Assembly: GCF_001949145.1 (NCBI RefSeq)
Contig: NW_019091362.1
Coordinates: forward strand, 310,670 to 374,669
DNA length: 64,000 bases
Source: Acanthaster planci
Lineage: Eukaryota
Reading direction: 5' to 3'
Shown one piece after another: positions 39,364 to 53,000 of this stretch (position 1 is its first letter; each line of letters opens with the position of its first letter). A model generated the notes under the pieces. It saw nothing but the letters and a program-made list of their open reading frames with translations, was not told the origin of the DNA and did no database searches. The position numbers and the translations under genes are program-made.

Positions 39364-39762
39364 ACACCGCCATGGGTGCACATCCCACCGCCAAGGGTGC
39401 ACATCCCACCGCCATGGGTGCACATCCCACCGCCATGGGTGCACATCCCACCGCCATGGGTGCACATCCCACCGCCAAGGGTGCACATCCCACCGCCAAG
39501 GGTGCACATCCCACCGCCAAGGGTGCACATCCCACCGCCATGGGTGCACATCCCACCGCCANCCTACCGCCAAGGGTGCACATCCCACCGCCAAGGGTGA
39601 ACATCCCACCGCCATGGGTGCACATCCCACCGCCAAGGGTGCACATCCCACCGCCATGGGTGCACATCCCACTGCCAAGGGTGCACATCCCACCGCCATG
39701 GGTGCACATCCCACTGCCAAGGGTGCACATCCCACCGCCATGGGTGCACATCCCACCGCCGC
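39364..39762. repeat. 21-bp minisatellite, about 19 copies, containing an assembly N
   Basis: Unit ACCGCCA(T/A)GGGTGCACATCCC; N at 39562 means the true length is uncertain. Confidence 0.95.
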
Positions 39763-39942
39763 CAACAAGTGTGGGCAAGGTTTACATTCTTTATTTCCAA
39801 ATTCTGTGGAGATGTTATAAGTCTAACTCCTTTGGCACAAGCTTATGCCTGAAAGCAAAACACAGATGTTGTAATGCCTAGATCAAAAACTAACAAACTA
39901 ATTTCCGCCAAAAAGGAGGGCTGTTACTTTTCATTGAACTTC

Positions 39943-39948
39943 TTTATT
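39943..39948 (-). terminator. Candidate terminal poly(A) signal of CSTF3
   Basis: AATAAA about 1.1 kb after the stop, followed by U/GU-rich sequence (TTTTTGG...TTTGTTAGTTTTTG). Confidence 0.45.
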
Positions 39949-41037
39949 TGTACTCACGCATCAGTAACAAAAAGTAAAATCAACTAATTAAAAAGTTTCA
40001 GTGTGGATTCAGACACCACAAATTACTCAACACAAAACAGATCCAGAAGATGAAAATAAGCTCTATAGAGTACCAGCGTGGAACAGTACCAAACTAAAGA
40101 TAAAGATATACACTTAAGAACATTAAATTGAAAATTTGAATTGTCTTGGAGCAAAATGTGAAAGTATATTCAAACTATAAGCACAGGCATTGCTAGACCA
40201 GTCTGAATGGGAAGTGTGACCACGGGTTAAGAGATTCACATAGAAGCGTAGGGAAGGACCGACGGCCATCTTAGACAAGGTAGGGTGGGGGGAGGCTATT
40301 TCAAATGACAGGACTCGACAACATTCGGACAATTTTCCACCAAAGCAGAGATTGAAGGATGCCACAACCCTTAACCTGTCTTCTGGTTACACAAATTCAC
40401 CTATCAGACAAACTGCGTTGAATAGAACAATGGCTGAATCAAACAAATTCCCAACAGACTTTGAAAATATTCGACAAAAACCCAAAATTATACTGCTGAA
40501 AGTAAGACAACTGTTTAGTGTTGTTGAACAAGACACATCATCTTTTGCAAGTCTAGGGTAATGAAATATCCCCAACCCAGGTATGACCTTTGATTAAATT
40601 TTTGGATTTCACCCCACACCCTACCTTCTACTCCTGATAAAAAAAAAGTGACTTGGAATGATAATGGAGGTTACATGAGATCTGTTTGAGAGTGAAAGTG
40701 CACAATTCACAGCCAGCATTAGATTGTTTCTAAACTTTCAACCTATCTCATGTCAAGCAAGTTAAATAGATTGATCAACAATTACTTGAAAATTCAGTCA
40801 CTAAGGAAACATCAGAATCCATTCTTGAATAGAAAGACAGAGTCTTTCTTTAATGCAAATAACCTTTGTCTACATAACAAAGTTAAAATGTTCAAATGCA
40901 CTGCCTTTCACCAAACAAAGGTCGAAGGAAACTGATAAAAATTCCTGGACTTAATCCAATTTTTCTGATGGGTATGTACCTGTTTACAGTCTCAAGCACC
41001 TGACACGTTCACCTTATGCTCTAGTTGGTTCCTGCTT

Positions 41038-44000
41038 CTACCTGACACGTTTCTGCTGTCTGCTGCGGTAGATATCATGTGCGGGGGCACTGTGCATTTC
41101 TTCATCTTCATCAGAATCGTCATTCTTGTCTCCTGTCCGTTTGCGCTTGGTAGCTCCTTCGCCATCATTGTCTCCCATCTCACCATTTATAGCAACATCT
41201 TCAATTTGGGCTAAAATGATCAAGAAAACCAAACAAATATTACATGAAATGACAAGCAGCATCTGAAGAGGACAGAGAATACGTTAGATTAAGTTCTTCA
41301 AGGGAACTCAAGACCCTATTTTTTTAAATTTAAGAGCTCAATAACATAATGTGGCCAGCAGCTTCCATCACTGATCAGACATATTGTGATCTCTGTTAGA
41401 GAGAATGAATAGGATGCAATGTTGTACATTGGGATGTACAATATTTAATCTAGTCATAAATTCATTTGACATTTATCAGTTTAGAAGATTTTCAAATGGC
41501 ATCCCGGAATTTGTTTTCAAAAGTAAGAACTGTCCATCATTTTGTTTCTCCCACTGGTAGGTTTTTTAACAACCAACATACCGGTACAATATCACACGTT
41601 TTGGGCCATCTGGTAATTCCACACAAACCTAATTATCATGGACAATTCCTGAACAAAAGAGGATTTTGAAAAAACAAGCAAAAAAAAGCACTACAATTAC
41701 CTTTAACTTGACCTTCATTTTTTTGTAAAACTTTTTCTTATTTGTACATTACAATTAACGAAGTTGGTAACAGCATGACCAAATGTCCTCGTCCCCATTG
41801 TTCTAACTATTGAGGAAGATGAATTAGTTGGAGACGTGAAACTCAAAGCAGAAACTTGAGATGATGGTAAAACAATATGAGATATAAGAAGGAATGTGCG
41901 CGCCTAGACCCAGTGCCTTGCTGCTACACATTTACAAGTCCTCACTGGAAGTAGGCTTCTGATGGAAATCAGTGTGACAAGTCCATTCTAATATCTATTT
42001 TCGTCACTCAAAAGGGAGAGGAAAGTAAGTTCAATCAAAATTCCTTCAAAACAACTTACGCTCAGGAATTTTGCACTCTGCCAAGATCTTCATGAGGCTA
42101 TCAACCTTGACAAATGGACCCTGTCCGACATATCAAAAATGCAGTTAAAGATTGAATCAGAGAATGAGCAGTACAACTGGGGGATGGGAAACTGCCGTCA
42201 GTGTGAATTAAAGTGTGCTGAGATATCGCACATGTGTAAATGTCAGAATACAAATTGTTGACAGCTGCAGTGCCCTCACATGATGAACACAGTGAACAGC
42301 AACTCAACAAATAAAAGTAGGGAAACTAAAAAACATTGGTTTACATATGTCCAATTACTTAGGTACTTGCATTATAACAATGCATTTATAAGAACCCTGA
42401 AAAGTTGCTTTTCATATTTTACATTATCAGTCACTCGTGCACATCCATACCCCACTCGGGCCATTGAGTGACCAGAAATGGGTCTTATTTCCCTTGCCTA
42501 TGGCTCATTTCTGGTCCCTCAGACCCCTCAGTGTACACAGATGTGTACTGATGACCTCATTGGCAGTCCATCAGTGTATTTATGAGTCAGTTATCCTCCG
42601 AGGCAGTATGGTGCGTTTTTGGACCACGACTCACCTGGAAACAAGCTGGTGGAGGTAGCTTGGACACAACATGAGAAGCAGCCAAGGGTAATGGAAACAC
42701 TCCCCCTGGAACAGGATGGGCACCAGGTGCTATCAAGAATAGAAATAATCAGAAATCCACATCAATTAAGGTGGGACACAACATGAGTAGCTGCAGACAG
42801 TAATGAAAACACGCCCCCTGGAACAGGATTGGCAAGAGGTGCTCTCAGGAATAGAAATAAATAGACTCCTAGACTCCAGACTTCTTGACTTAAACATGTC
42901 TCAAAGGATGTGGGAAAAAGCTACGTAGGCAATGAAATTCATTTGAGACGAAATACATTCAAGTTCACTAAATTCACTGCAAGAATATTTGATCTGAAGC
43001 CACAATTTCCTGTCCATGTTTGCTTTCCCACTAGGTACGAGCTGGCCTTAATTGGCTTTTGCAGATGTGATCTGGATACATACGGGCTTGAGATCGTGGG
43101 GTAAAGGGGAGCATTTGTTGCAAATCAGGAGCAGGAAACTCTGTCTTCTTGGCATCAGCTCCTTCTTCCTCAGTATTCTCTGTTGATGGCCCCGCATCTT
43201 TTGAGACGGAAGGATTTTGGAGAACTTGTTGAATGGTGTGCCGCTGAGTGAGATCCTGGATGGATAAAATGATAAAGCAAAAACTTCATTTCAAGGGAAT
43301 TATTAAGAACACAAAGAAGAAATGTATTTATTCACTGTATTTATATATTACACCAAATGCAACTTTTTTTATGATGAGGCCCAAATTTAAAAAGAAAATA
43401 TTGCACTTTTTGGGCTATCAACAAATAATTTCAAGAAGAAGAGTATGCATGTTGAATTATATAACAGCAGCATTTGAAGAATGTCAAAGTTTTTCATAGT
43501 TGAGTTACTGATGGTAGTCTTTAGCCGTCTTCTTGTAAGTGTGACCTACTTTATATCCGATGGCTTTCAGTTCAGCAGAGGTGCAGGGATAGAGATCCAG
43601 ATACCTGTAGCGATCTACAAGTAAGCTGGTTTCACGATCTTTGAATTCCTGCAAAAAAAGGATGTTATCCATGTTAAATATTCAAAGATTACAATGACAG
43701 TAATTTCAAGGCAGAATCTTTCCTTCCTCAAATACACCTTTTATTTCAGTGGACTCAGAGATGGGCTTGACATCAGCTACAACAATTTAATGAGGGACTG
43801 CACTACTCATTCCTGTTTTAATAAAGCAAAGCTGGCTGTATTACTTACATCCTTGAAGAGGGCTAGGCGTCTCTTCTCTACCTTGACGACACTTGTCAGG
43901 TCTCCACAAGTTGATTCAAAGTCCTCAAACCGCAGCCAGATCTCACTAAATAATAAAATAATCACAGTAATCACAACTGATGAAAATGTGAGCGCAGCTT

Positions 44001-47000
44001 CCAATAACCAACCAACTGAAAAAACTACCAACATTTTTGCTCAAAAAGGGGGCTAACGTAAGGCACTAACTTAAGTCTTCCCCTTAGGTTTATGTCATTA
44101 CTTACCCTGACTTTTCAACAGGCAGGGACCCTGCCGTCAAGACTCGTTCAAACAACACCCTTGTGTTGTTATCCTCTGTCAAGAGAAAATAAGGACATTG
44201 AAATGAGCTTACTCAGAGGCTGAGTTTTCAAGTTCTCAAGCTCAGCAACACAACCTGAACAATTTTATGATTTTCCATATAAAGTAGTTTTTGAGTTTTA
44301 AAGAAGCTTATATTTACTGCACATTTTCAGTTGAATAGTAAAGTTTTAAAGGAGTCCTGGTCTGGCGGTTACCTGGTAAGTACAGATTTCCTAGAGTAGT
44401 GGTGACTCATTTAAGTGATATTTGGTTGAAATTATGAGTATGTCTTCACTACCTTCTCCTACAGGGCCCCAGGAAGACAGTTTACATCTTACCTGTCCCA
44501 AAACAAACTCCCAAAACCAAACCAAAGCAACTGATATTCTCATTACAGAGCACCAACCATTCAGATGTGACAGGTAATCGATGTAGGAGAGGATGTACTC
44601 AGGAATATCTCCATACTTCTTCAATCCCAGCTCAAAGATCTTGAATGCAACTTGTTGGTCCTGAATTTGGGAGAAAAAAATCCATGGCTACTAACAAAAC
44701 TAGGGCTGTTTTGAGCCGAGCATGCACATCCTTGCATTGTTATGGATACCAGTTAAAATTAGACCATGCTTCTGTAACAGTATTACATTAAGCCTAACCC
44801 CCAAGGGTGTATGTAAAATTGTATTGAAATTGGAGGATTTGGGACTTTTGGGTGAAGCACGGTGAATGAAGTGGTGCAAATATCTGCACTTACATTCAAG
44901 TAAGTTTTTATCAAAATTGCATTTATTTGCTTCAAGATGTACACAACTATATTATTTCCACTCCTTAAACTTTTCCCGTCAAAACTTTAGCTTTTCTCAG
45001 AGTACTCACTGACTAAAAAAACTCATGGAAGCTTTGATCTAAAAGCTGCAGTCTTCATGTTTCATTTGAGTTGCAGTTAGATATTAAAATGTATGCATTT
45101 TTTTCAAACTTTTCTTCAATATTGACAGAGGATCGCTTACGCTAGAATATTTCAAAGTGGGCTGTAAAGAATTCATGGACGCTTGCCACCAACACAAGTA
45201 GGAAGACAATATTTATTTTGATTACAGTTGCTGTTACAGTGCTGTTCTTACCTTACTGCAGTAATACTCCATAAGTGCAGCTGCAATGAAGACGTGATAG
45301 TGGACTCTGATATCTTCCCTGGCCTTCTTGAAGATTGCTCGGGCTGCCTTGATACCCTCTGCTCTACGAGTAAACTTCATGTATTGGATGTACACCTGAG
45401 ATATTGGATGAGAACAGATGAATCCAAGAATAACAACTTTCAAATGTGTATCTTTATTCGCATTATATAAAGGAAAAGCTGAAAAGAGATATGTTTAGTT
45501 TTCGTTCTTGTACAAGATCTCACAACCTATCACAACCTATCACTTTTTTTGCCAAGATGCACATAAATTTGACATTAAGTATACCTTTGAGGTAAAACAT
45601 TCAGTGGGGCTGCAATGACTTGTTAATGGGGCAGTGTTTTCAGGAGGGAAGACAGGACAGCGATAGATTACCTTGGGATTCTTTACAACTAAAAATGACA
45701 ACATGAGACTGTGAAGAAGCACAAACCATGAAGTTTGACTACCATCCTTTAGATTACTCACCAGGGTAGGGTCAATGTCCTCAATGGCCAACAGCCTCTT
45801 GTAGATGTTGTGAACCTTTTCATACTTCATCCGACCCTGACATCAACCCAAAGAAAAAGAACCTTTAAAAGTTTAAAACGAAGAACATGACAAGTGGATT
45901 GAAAAATAACATTTCAATGAATGAATTGGAGAAGTGCTATTAAACACATGCAAAAGTGGGTCAAGGAGGGGACTGGTGGTTGGGGGAGGGGCTCAGGATC
46001 TGAAAAGGGGAGGAGATCAAGTGAGGGGTCAAGTAAATCACCTCTTCAAAGTCTGCATAGGCAAAGTAGATCAGCATACTCTTCTTCATCAGTGTTTGGA
46101 TTGCCCTCTCATAGATTGCGGCGGCTTCATCACTGAATACTTTGGCGTTGTTCATGTCCTGAGCAACAAGTAAGCGAAACAATCCAGTAAATGAAGCGGT
46201 CATTCCAGAACACTCCTCTGATTTAGTAATTGCATGTTTATTCTGAGATGTGACTTACGCCCTTTTCTGCAAAGGATTTGCTGGAGTTTTCCAGGTACAA
46301 GGCAGCCTCATACCACACATCAGGATGATGACCAAGACATAAGAGGCACTGCTCATATGCAAACATCACTGCATGTGAAACAACAAAAAGATATACCGCT
46401 GTCAACAAAGCAACAAACTATCTGAGCACGATGCAGAAATAACCAAATACTCATATAAATATTTGATCACTACAAATTACAGTACAAGTGATGTCCTCAG
46501 AACTTCAGGGATGTCTCCAATTCCTTCCTCGCAATGTGCCCCTTCAGTGTTCTGTCTAAATTTCTAATTCTGAGACAGTCCTACCTCTTTTTGTCATGAG
46601 AGTCTGATCCTCCGTTCTGGTAGGGTTAGTCTTTTCCCAATTGATGTACTTCTTCCACAGTTCCACCTGTTTTGATTCTTCCAGAGTTCCTGTTGGGGGC
46701 ACTGCTGGATTGTTGCGATTTAGTCCTTTCGTGACGGCCTCATACTCCTACAAACCAACCGACAAATCAACCAATTTGTGAGATCAAATGCTGTATGAAC
46801 AAATGCTGAAGTGGCCTTACAGCAGAAAGGAAGCATCTTACTGGACGAATCTCAATCAAAAATTAAAATGTTTTCCCAAGATTACTGAAGACAATTAAAG
46901 ATATTTCAAGGAGTGCAAAGTTAAATTATTTAAACTTCTTCACTGTTCATTTGAAAAAGTAAACAGGAAAGCATCAGTACTGTTACCTTGGCAACTCTTC

Positions 47001-50000
47001 TGGCATTCATGTAACTGCGGCTCCTATCATCTATCATTTTCTTGGCAATGATAGGGTTGATTCCCTGAGAATTACGAACATTGTTTGGTAGTAAGAGCAA
47101 GGGAAAAACTGATCAGGAATGGCTTTGATCTATCCAGATCTAATGACAACCAGCTAGCAGAGTCATTCTATAAATTAGGGTTCCAATGTTTTAATGTCCA
47201 TTACACGTGACCCACACAAATGGAATTTGACAAGGGACATATCATTGAAATTGACTTCAAACTATTTTTATTTGTTTGGCAAGTTATTTTCATAACTTTA
47301 ATCACTCTTGATTAAAAATTTGTGTTCTAAACGTACAAAATCATTTGCCGCATGTGACAGGAAAAGGAAAATACGGGACCCAAAATTTACAGAATAACCC
47401 AGCACCAAATAACCGGCCCATCCTCATCCATCCCCAAGTTTTCCTGGTTACTGCCAGTAAAATGGGACTCTCATAAAACCAAGTAAAACCTTCCCAAATC
47501 TATGACATCATGTTAAGTAAGACTGTGAGATAATTAAGGATTCAATACCTACATTTTCATATGTACAGTAGTCCTTCCAGAAAACCTCTATGTTGACCAT
47601 TGGATTGACCACACCCCTCTGATACACCCTACGTACTGCAGTGATCCGTTGGTTCTCTGCATAAGAACCTTTTGCCTCCCTGACATAAGCAACAATAAAA
47701 TAATCAGTAAATGTACCATCAATTACCTGATAAACCACTAGGGACCAATGGCTAAAGGTCTTCATCCATAAATTGAAAACCAGGAGTCAAAGGTTGAGAT
47801 TCCACTTCCTGGGTTCGCCCATGTCAATGACCAAGGTATTTTGTCTTTACTGCTCCTGTCCACCATTGAGATGGTTTGCACACAGTGTAAATCGGTTGCA
47901 GTTCAAAACGTTAACTGAGAGTACTGCATGAATTTAAATATGGCTGTAATAAATAAATGCAAGAAATGGACAGTGCTGCTTATAGGTCCAGATTACTTCA
48001 TTTCATGGATGACCACATTGATTATCTGCCAATGACTATCAAACTTAGCAGTACCCACGATATTATGGAATGATACAAGCACAAGTCACCAGAGCCTTTT
48101 TTGAGTGACAAACCTTTAAAAAATTCCCGGACCATAGAAATCAATGGAAACATCAACATTTTTCACCCACACGGTGTCATTTTGCTCAGAAAGCCAAAAT
48201 GAGTGACACATCTTAACAAAGAGCTAAGCTTGCTCTTTCTAATGCATATCTGAAACAACAGTACTGAAAAAGGTCTTAAGGTTCATTTTCGGGTCACAAA
48301 TGTTATCTGTAGTTGTTTCTTTTCCATTGGTTCATCTCATCCAATGATGTGTGAATATTCTGTTAATACGGCTGTTTCACAATAGTGCACCGCCAAGAGT
48401 TTCCAACGTGTTGGCCAATCACAATGCGCGAACTTTGTCAACACAATGCGCGTCTGGAAAGGGTCGACAAATTTTGTGCGTTATGATTGGCCAACGCCTT
48501 GCAAACTCTTGGTGGCACACTATTGTGAATCGCTCGCATTGTAAAGAAATTGATTCTCATGTCATCTTGATTCTAATCTTCCTTCAGTGTTCCTTTCTGT
48601 CATTTTCTGTTACCTGTCATGTTGCCATCCCAGATTTGAAGTTATTTTGTAACAGAATCAAACTCTCTGTAAATATGAGCTAGAGTTGAATTATTAATCC
48701 AAACAATCAAACTTACGCTCCCTTGAGGTATGTTACATAATCAGCCCAGATCTGGTATGAGTATATATCCATGCCCATTTTGTCCAGTGCAAAGTCGTAA
48801 GCTTGGGCCATCTTCTCACGATACGACGCGAGACCTCCTTTGGTCTCCTTCACATAAGTCAAGTAACACTTCCACAGGTCAATGTTAAGAACCTTCATCA
48901 GGCAACGTTGGAACAGCTATGAAGGTAGGGATCGGAGGAAAAATAATGCCAAATTTTACTGTTTTTTGTTACTCCTAGGCAGCTTATCAAAGTTTTTAAC
49001 ATTTTGAAAGAAAGCTGGGAAAGTTACAAAATACTTCATCACAGGAATTCTTGGTTTTACAAAGCGACTATTTTGAAAATTAAATATGGAATTTATTGTC
49101 CACTTTTGCTGTGGTTGAGAGAAAAAGCCATTTGGAAGAGTAACATGTACATATACACCATGGTAAAAAGTCTCCAATCCAGAAACAGTCTAGAGACAGA
49201 ACAAGAAGCACTTTTTTTTGGGGGGGGGAAGCTTTAAGTGTTGGAGCTACCCCAAATATTGGAAGTTTAAGTAACCTTTTAGGCCTTCTTGAGGTGTGAT
49301 ATTACATTTTCGGCTGTTTACATGTTTGGAAGGAAGGAAAATGAGACTGAGCCCAAGAAAGCCCTTCATAATTTGGGGGTAAAAAAAGTCTGTTGGGGTG
49401 GAAAAATTATCTGGGAGGGGGCAGCGTGGCCCCACTTGGGCAAACCTTGATCCACCCAATAATGATACAAATACTCCTTTACTTGATCATTGCAATTGCA
49501 ATACTGATGCTTTCTAACAATTTACCCAGCTTTGTCAAAAGCACGGCTGAGTTTATTGCACTGTTGGCCCTGTCTGAAGACTTTAAACACTAAATAACAG
49601 CATGAACAGTTAGATTGCCTAACAATAGTGGAACTGGTATATTCTTTAATCTTCACAGGTTTGACTCCGACAAAGCAAAATATGGAAAACACTGCACAAA
49701 GTTTGTTGAAAAGCTTCAATTGTTTGTTTGTTTGTTGTTGCCACGGTAAAAGACAAAAAGGACAAATGTACATATAAAAAACACAATCGTAACACGTACC
49801 TTTTCCACTTTCTCATAGTTCTTGCTTTTAATCTGAAAAGAAAATGTATTTTGGACACAACCGGAGTTAAACAAATGAACAATACGCAATGATCATTTGA
49901 CATATCTTGTTTATTCCCAAAAATCCAGCTCTGAGGATACAACATACACCATAAAGTATTTACCCTGCCAAGCATTTGGTATCACACGTACTTTGAATCC

Positions 50001-53000
50001 TCATGTTTTTCAACTTCAGGAATGCAAGGTGAGCTTGCATTTTGGTAAGACACAGCACAGCTATTGACTGAAAGACCAGCTAGATATTGACCAGCAAGAT
50101 GTAAACATGGTGCCACTGGTGAAATGAATTCTAATTCTTGTCGGTGGATTAGCCTAAATGTTCCTTTCTTCCTACGTACATCAGTTGTGTTTTTACCCAC
50201 TCATGACTGGTAAATCTATGGCTGGGTTGTCAGTACAAAAGTAAAAGAACATAAAAACTACTGCTACATGTAAACAATAGGATAGGAAATTATTGACCCT
50301 CTTTAAAGCATTGGGGAAGATGTACAAACCAAGGGTAATAGTCCTGCTAGCTTTGGCAGGCCATAGGAATAATAGGGAAATAAACGTGGTCTATTGGTAA
50401 TATTAAAGCATTTCATCTGAATCTGTGATCTATGCAGAATTTACTTCAGCAGGTTGACTTGGTGGAAATATCGCCACCAAATAAAATTTATTTTTGACAA
50501 TCTGGAGGGTAAAGCAAGGTATTAAAAAAAAACAAGGGAGTCCCAGGATTTCTCCATGGAAAGTGCTAACTCGTTACAGTATCACACATCAAGTTTTTTC
50601 ACTGCAACTGTATTAAATGGTAACTTTTTCAAAGTGAATTCCATCAAAGGTTTCTTCTTATATTGACCAAAGAGCTAGGTCAAAGTCCTGAAACTCAATA
50701 AAAAAGGTAAGTGAATTTGTCTTATAACAAGATTAAGGATCCTCTGTCGTTACTTACTTGCCCTTGGTAATCAAAGATTTCAAAAGAAGCATATTTGTCA
50801 AATCTGGACATGTTTTTCAAACTTCAGCGTCAAATTCTGGGCCAAGGTGCTATAAATGGCTCTGACTGGCCTGTAAGAACTAAACTAACCACATGTACTT
50901 GATCCTGGCTTCAGTCAAAAAACTGAGACAGAAAATTTTAATAAAACATAAACAGGTTTGAAAGTTGAAACTTGAACTGTGAAAGATGACAGAAATCACA
51001 GCTTCAAACGAGCTTTCATCTAGGATGAAAATATCTGCGTATCTCTTCTCAGCAAATATTAAAACCTGCCTATTCACACCAATCTTACTCCTATTGTACA
51101 TCTGCTGCTATTTCAGACTATCTTCCGTAGTACACTTACTATTGTCCGAGATAGAAATATGAAGATTTACGCACCAGTGTTAAGGATTCACGTAGTTTGG
51201 ATTTTTAATTTTGTACAAACTGCAGATTCAAAATCATGTTTACCTGTCTTTAGGAAGGGTGGCAGAATGAGACCCTGCCTTCAGGACATTTAACAATTAG
51301 ATTTTGGAAAAGGAGGCCGAGAAATGCCATCACTTGCAATTACTTTCATATTAGACTTCTAACTGCATTTAAATCAGCACATTGACTGAAAGTTGGAGAC
51401 TGTCTTGTGAAATTAATTAATTTCTGTTTTGGAAATAAACCAAGATGAAAAGTGCAGAACGATGCCAAATGTAAGCCACACTCTAATTGGATCTAAACTT
51501 TCAGCCAATCAGAGTCCAGTATGTTCAACAAGCAAACCACTTTCATCCTTACATCAGTCTGTGTAAGTTACAAATTTATCAGGGTCTGCTGATAACACAT
51601 AGCATCCTGTCTGTTAACAGGCACCAATATGGAGTCAAAAGCATCCTAGATGTACTTGTGCTCCAAGGAGATCACGTAACAAAATCCAGGGAATATGGTG
51701 AGGCGTGGTTTTTAAACCAATCTTGTTCTCTTCCACTGGTTACGATTCAGGCAGTTAAGTGAATTAAGCCCACTTAAATTATAAAAGGACAAATGTTGGA
51801 GCAAACACAGAAACTGTAGAGCCCTAAACGCCAATATATTAGTACACATGCTATCTTGCAGTCTTAGTGTCAATTTATCAAATGGAAATGAATTTGCAAA
51901 AAGATGGCAAATGAGAAGTTGTGTTGCCAATTCAAAATTAAATTCAAGGTCCTAACACATCCAACAAATATCACACACAGAAATATATTTTCAAAGTCAC
52001 TTGAATCATTTTTTTATTTCAACCCCCTTTGCCACAAGTCTTAATTATGTCTAAATCATGTCACTGCCAGACATAAATTTAAGGCACACCTGGAAATTAA
52101 AATAGCGGGTGAGAAATCAAATCAATCAAATTCACAATTTTTCATAAGCAAACCAACAAAGCCTTTATCAATCATTAAAAGTCAGACATTTACTTCAAGC
52201 GACTGCACTCAATTGTTAAAGAACCGAGTAGAGCTAGCGCAAAAAACTTGGCCTTCATGTTTACTAAGTGCCCTTGTCAAAGGTTTGGGTTAGGGTTAAT
52301 GTACGTGGAACAGTCTGTAGATGAGCACAGGATTAAAATTTTTCAAAAAAGAACTTGCTAGTTTCGAAATCACTGAATTTCCAGTAAGTGCTTCAAGACC
52401 ATTTCAGGTGTTGAAAACCACACATTTAACTGGTGACTACACAAATAAAATTCCAGTAAGAGATGTGAATTGTAATTGATGACCATAATAACCCAAATAA
52501 AAGAAAATAAAGCACAAAAATACCCTCCCCCCAAAAGAGCACCTCAATTTTGTTGCAGTATCTTCAAATATACTCTGCCTGCAAAATTTTAATAATAATC
52601 ATTCCTATTTGAATTAAGGACTAAAGATAACGTAAATTAAAAAGAACACCCATAAAACCAATTTGAGCACGTCTTCAAAAGCACACTTTGCACGACTTTC
52701 ATTAAAGCTGTAATCACTTGAAAATAAAAAAAAAAGGGAGGGCAGTGATTTGTCTGTCCGTCATACATGCATCAGTACAGCAGTCAGTGCCCATACCAGG
52801 TGTCAATAACATTTCACATTGCTAAACAAATGGGCAATGGAGCGTTTTACTGGACATCACCGAAGTTGTATTGGTACAAGGACAGGATTTTGAGCAACCA
52901 ACGTACCAGTAAACTAAGGCTGCATCCAAATCTCTTGTCTAGAGCTAGGTCTAGGTCTTCACTCCATTGAAAGTACGTGGAGACGCGTAGACAATAGACC

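Noticed and set aside
39273..39881. Repetitive ORFs (MGAHPTA, PPWVHIP, WRWDVHP) in several frames
   Set aside because: Artefacts of the 21-bp minisatellite spanning an N.
44400..44465. Possible old echo of CSTF3 exon 44558-44660 (and of cry1 exon 8 at 4940-5030)
   Set aside because: Similarity is too weak to distinguish from chance by eye.
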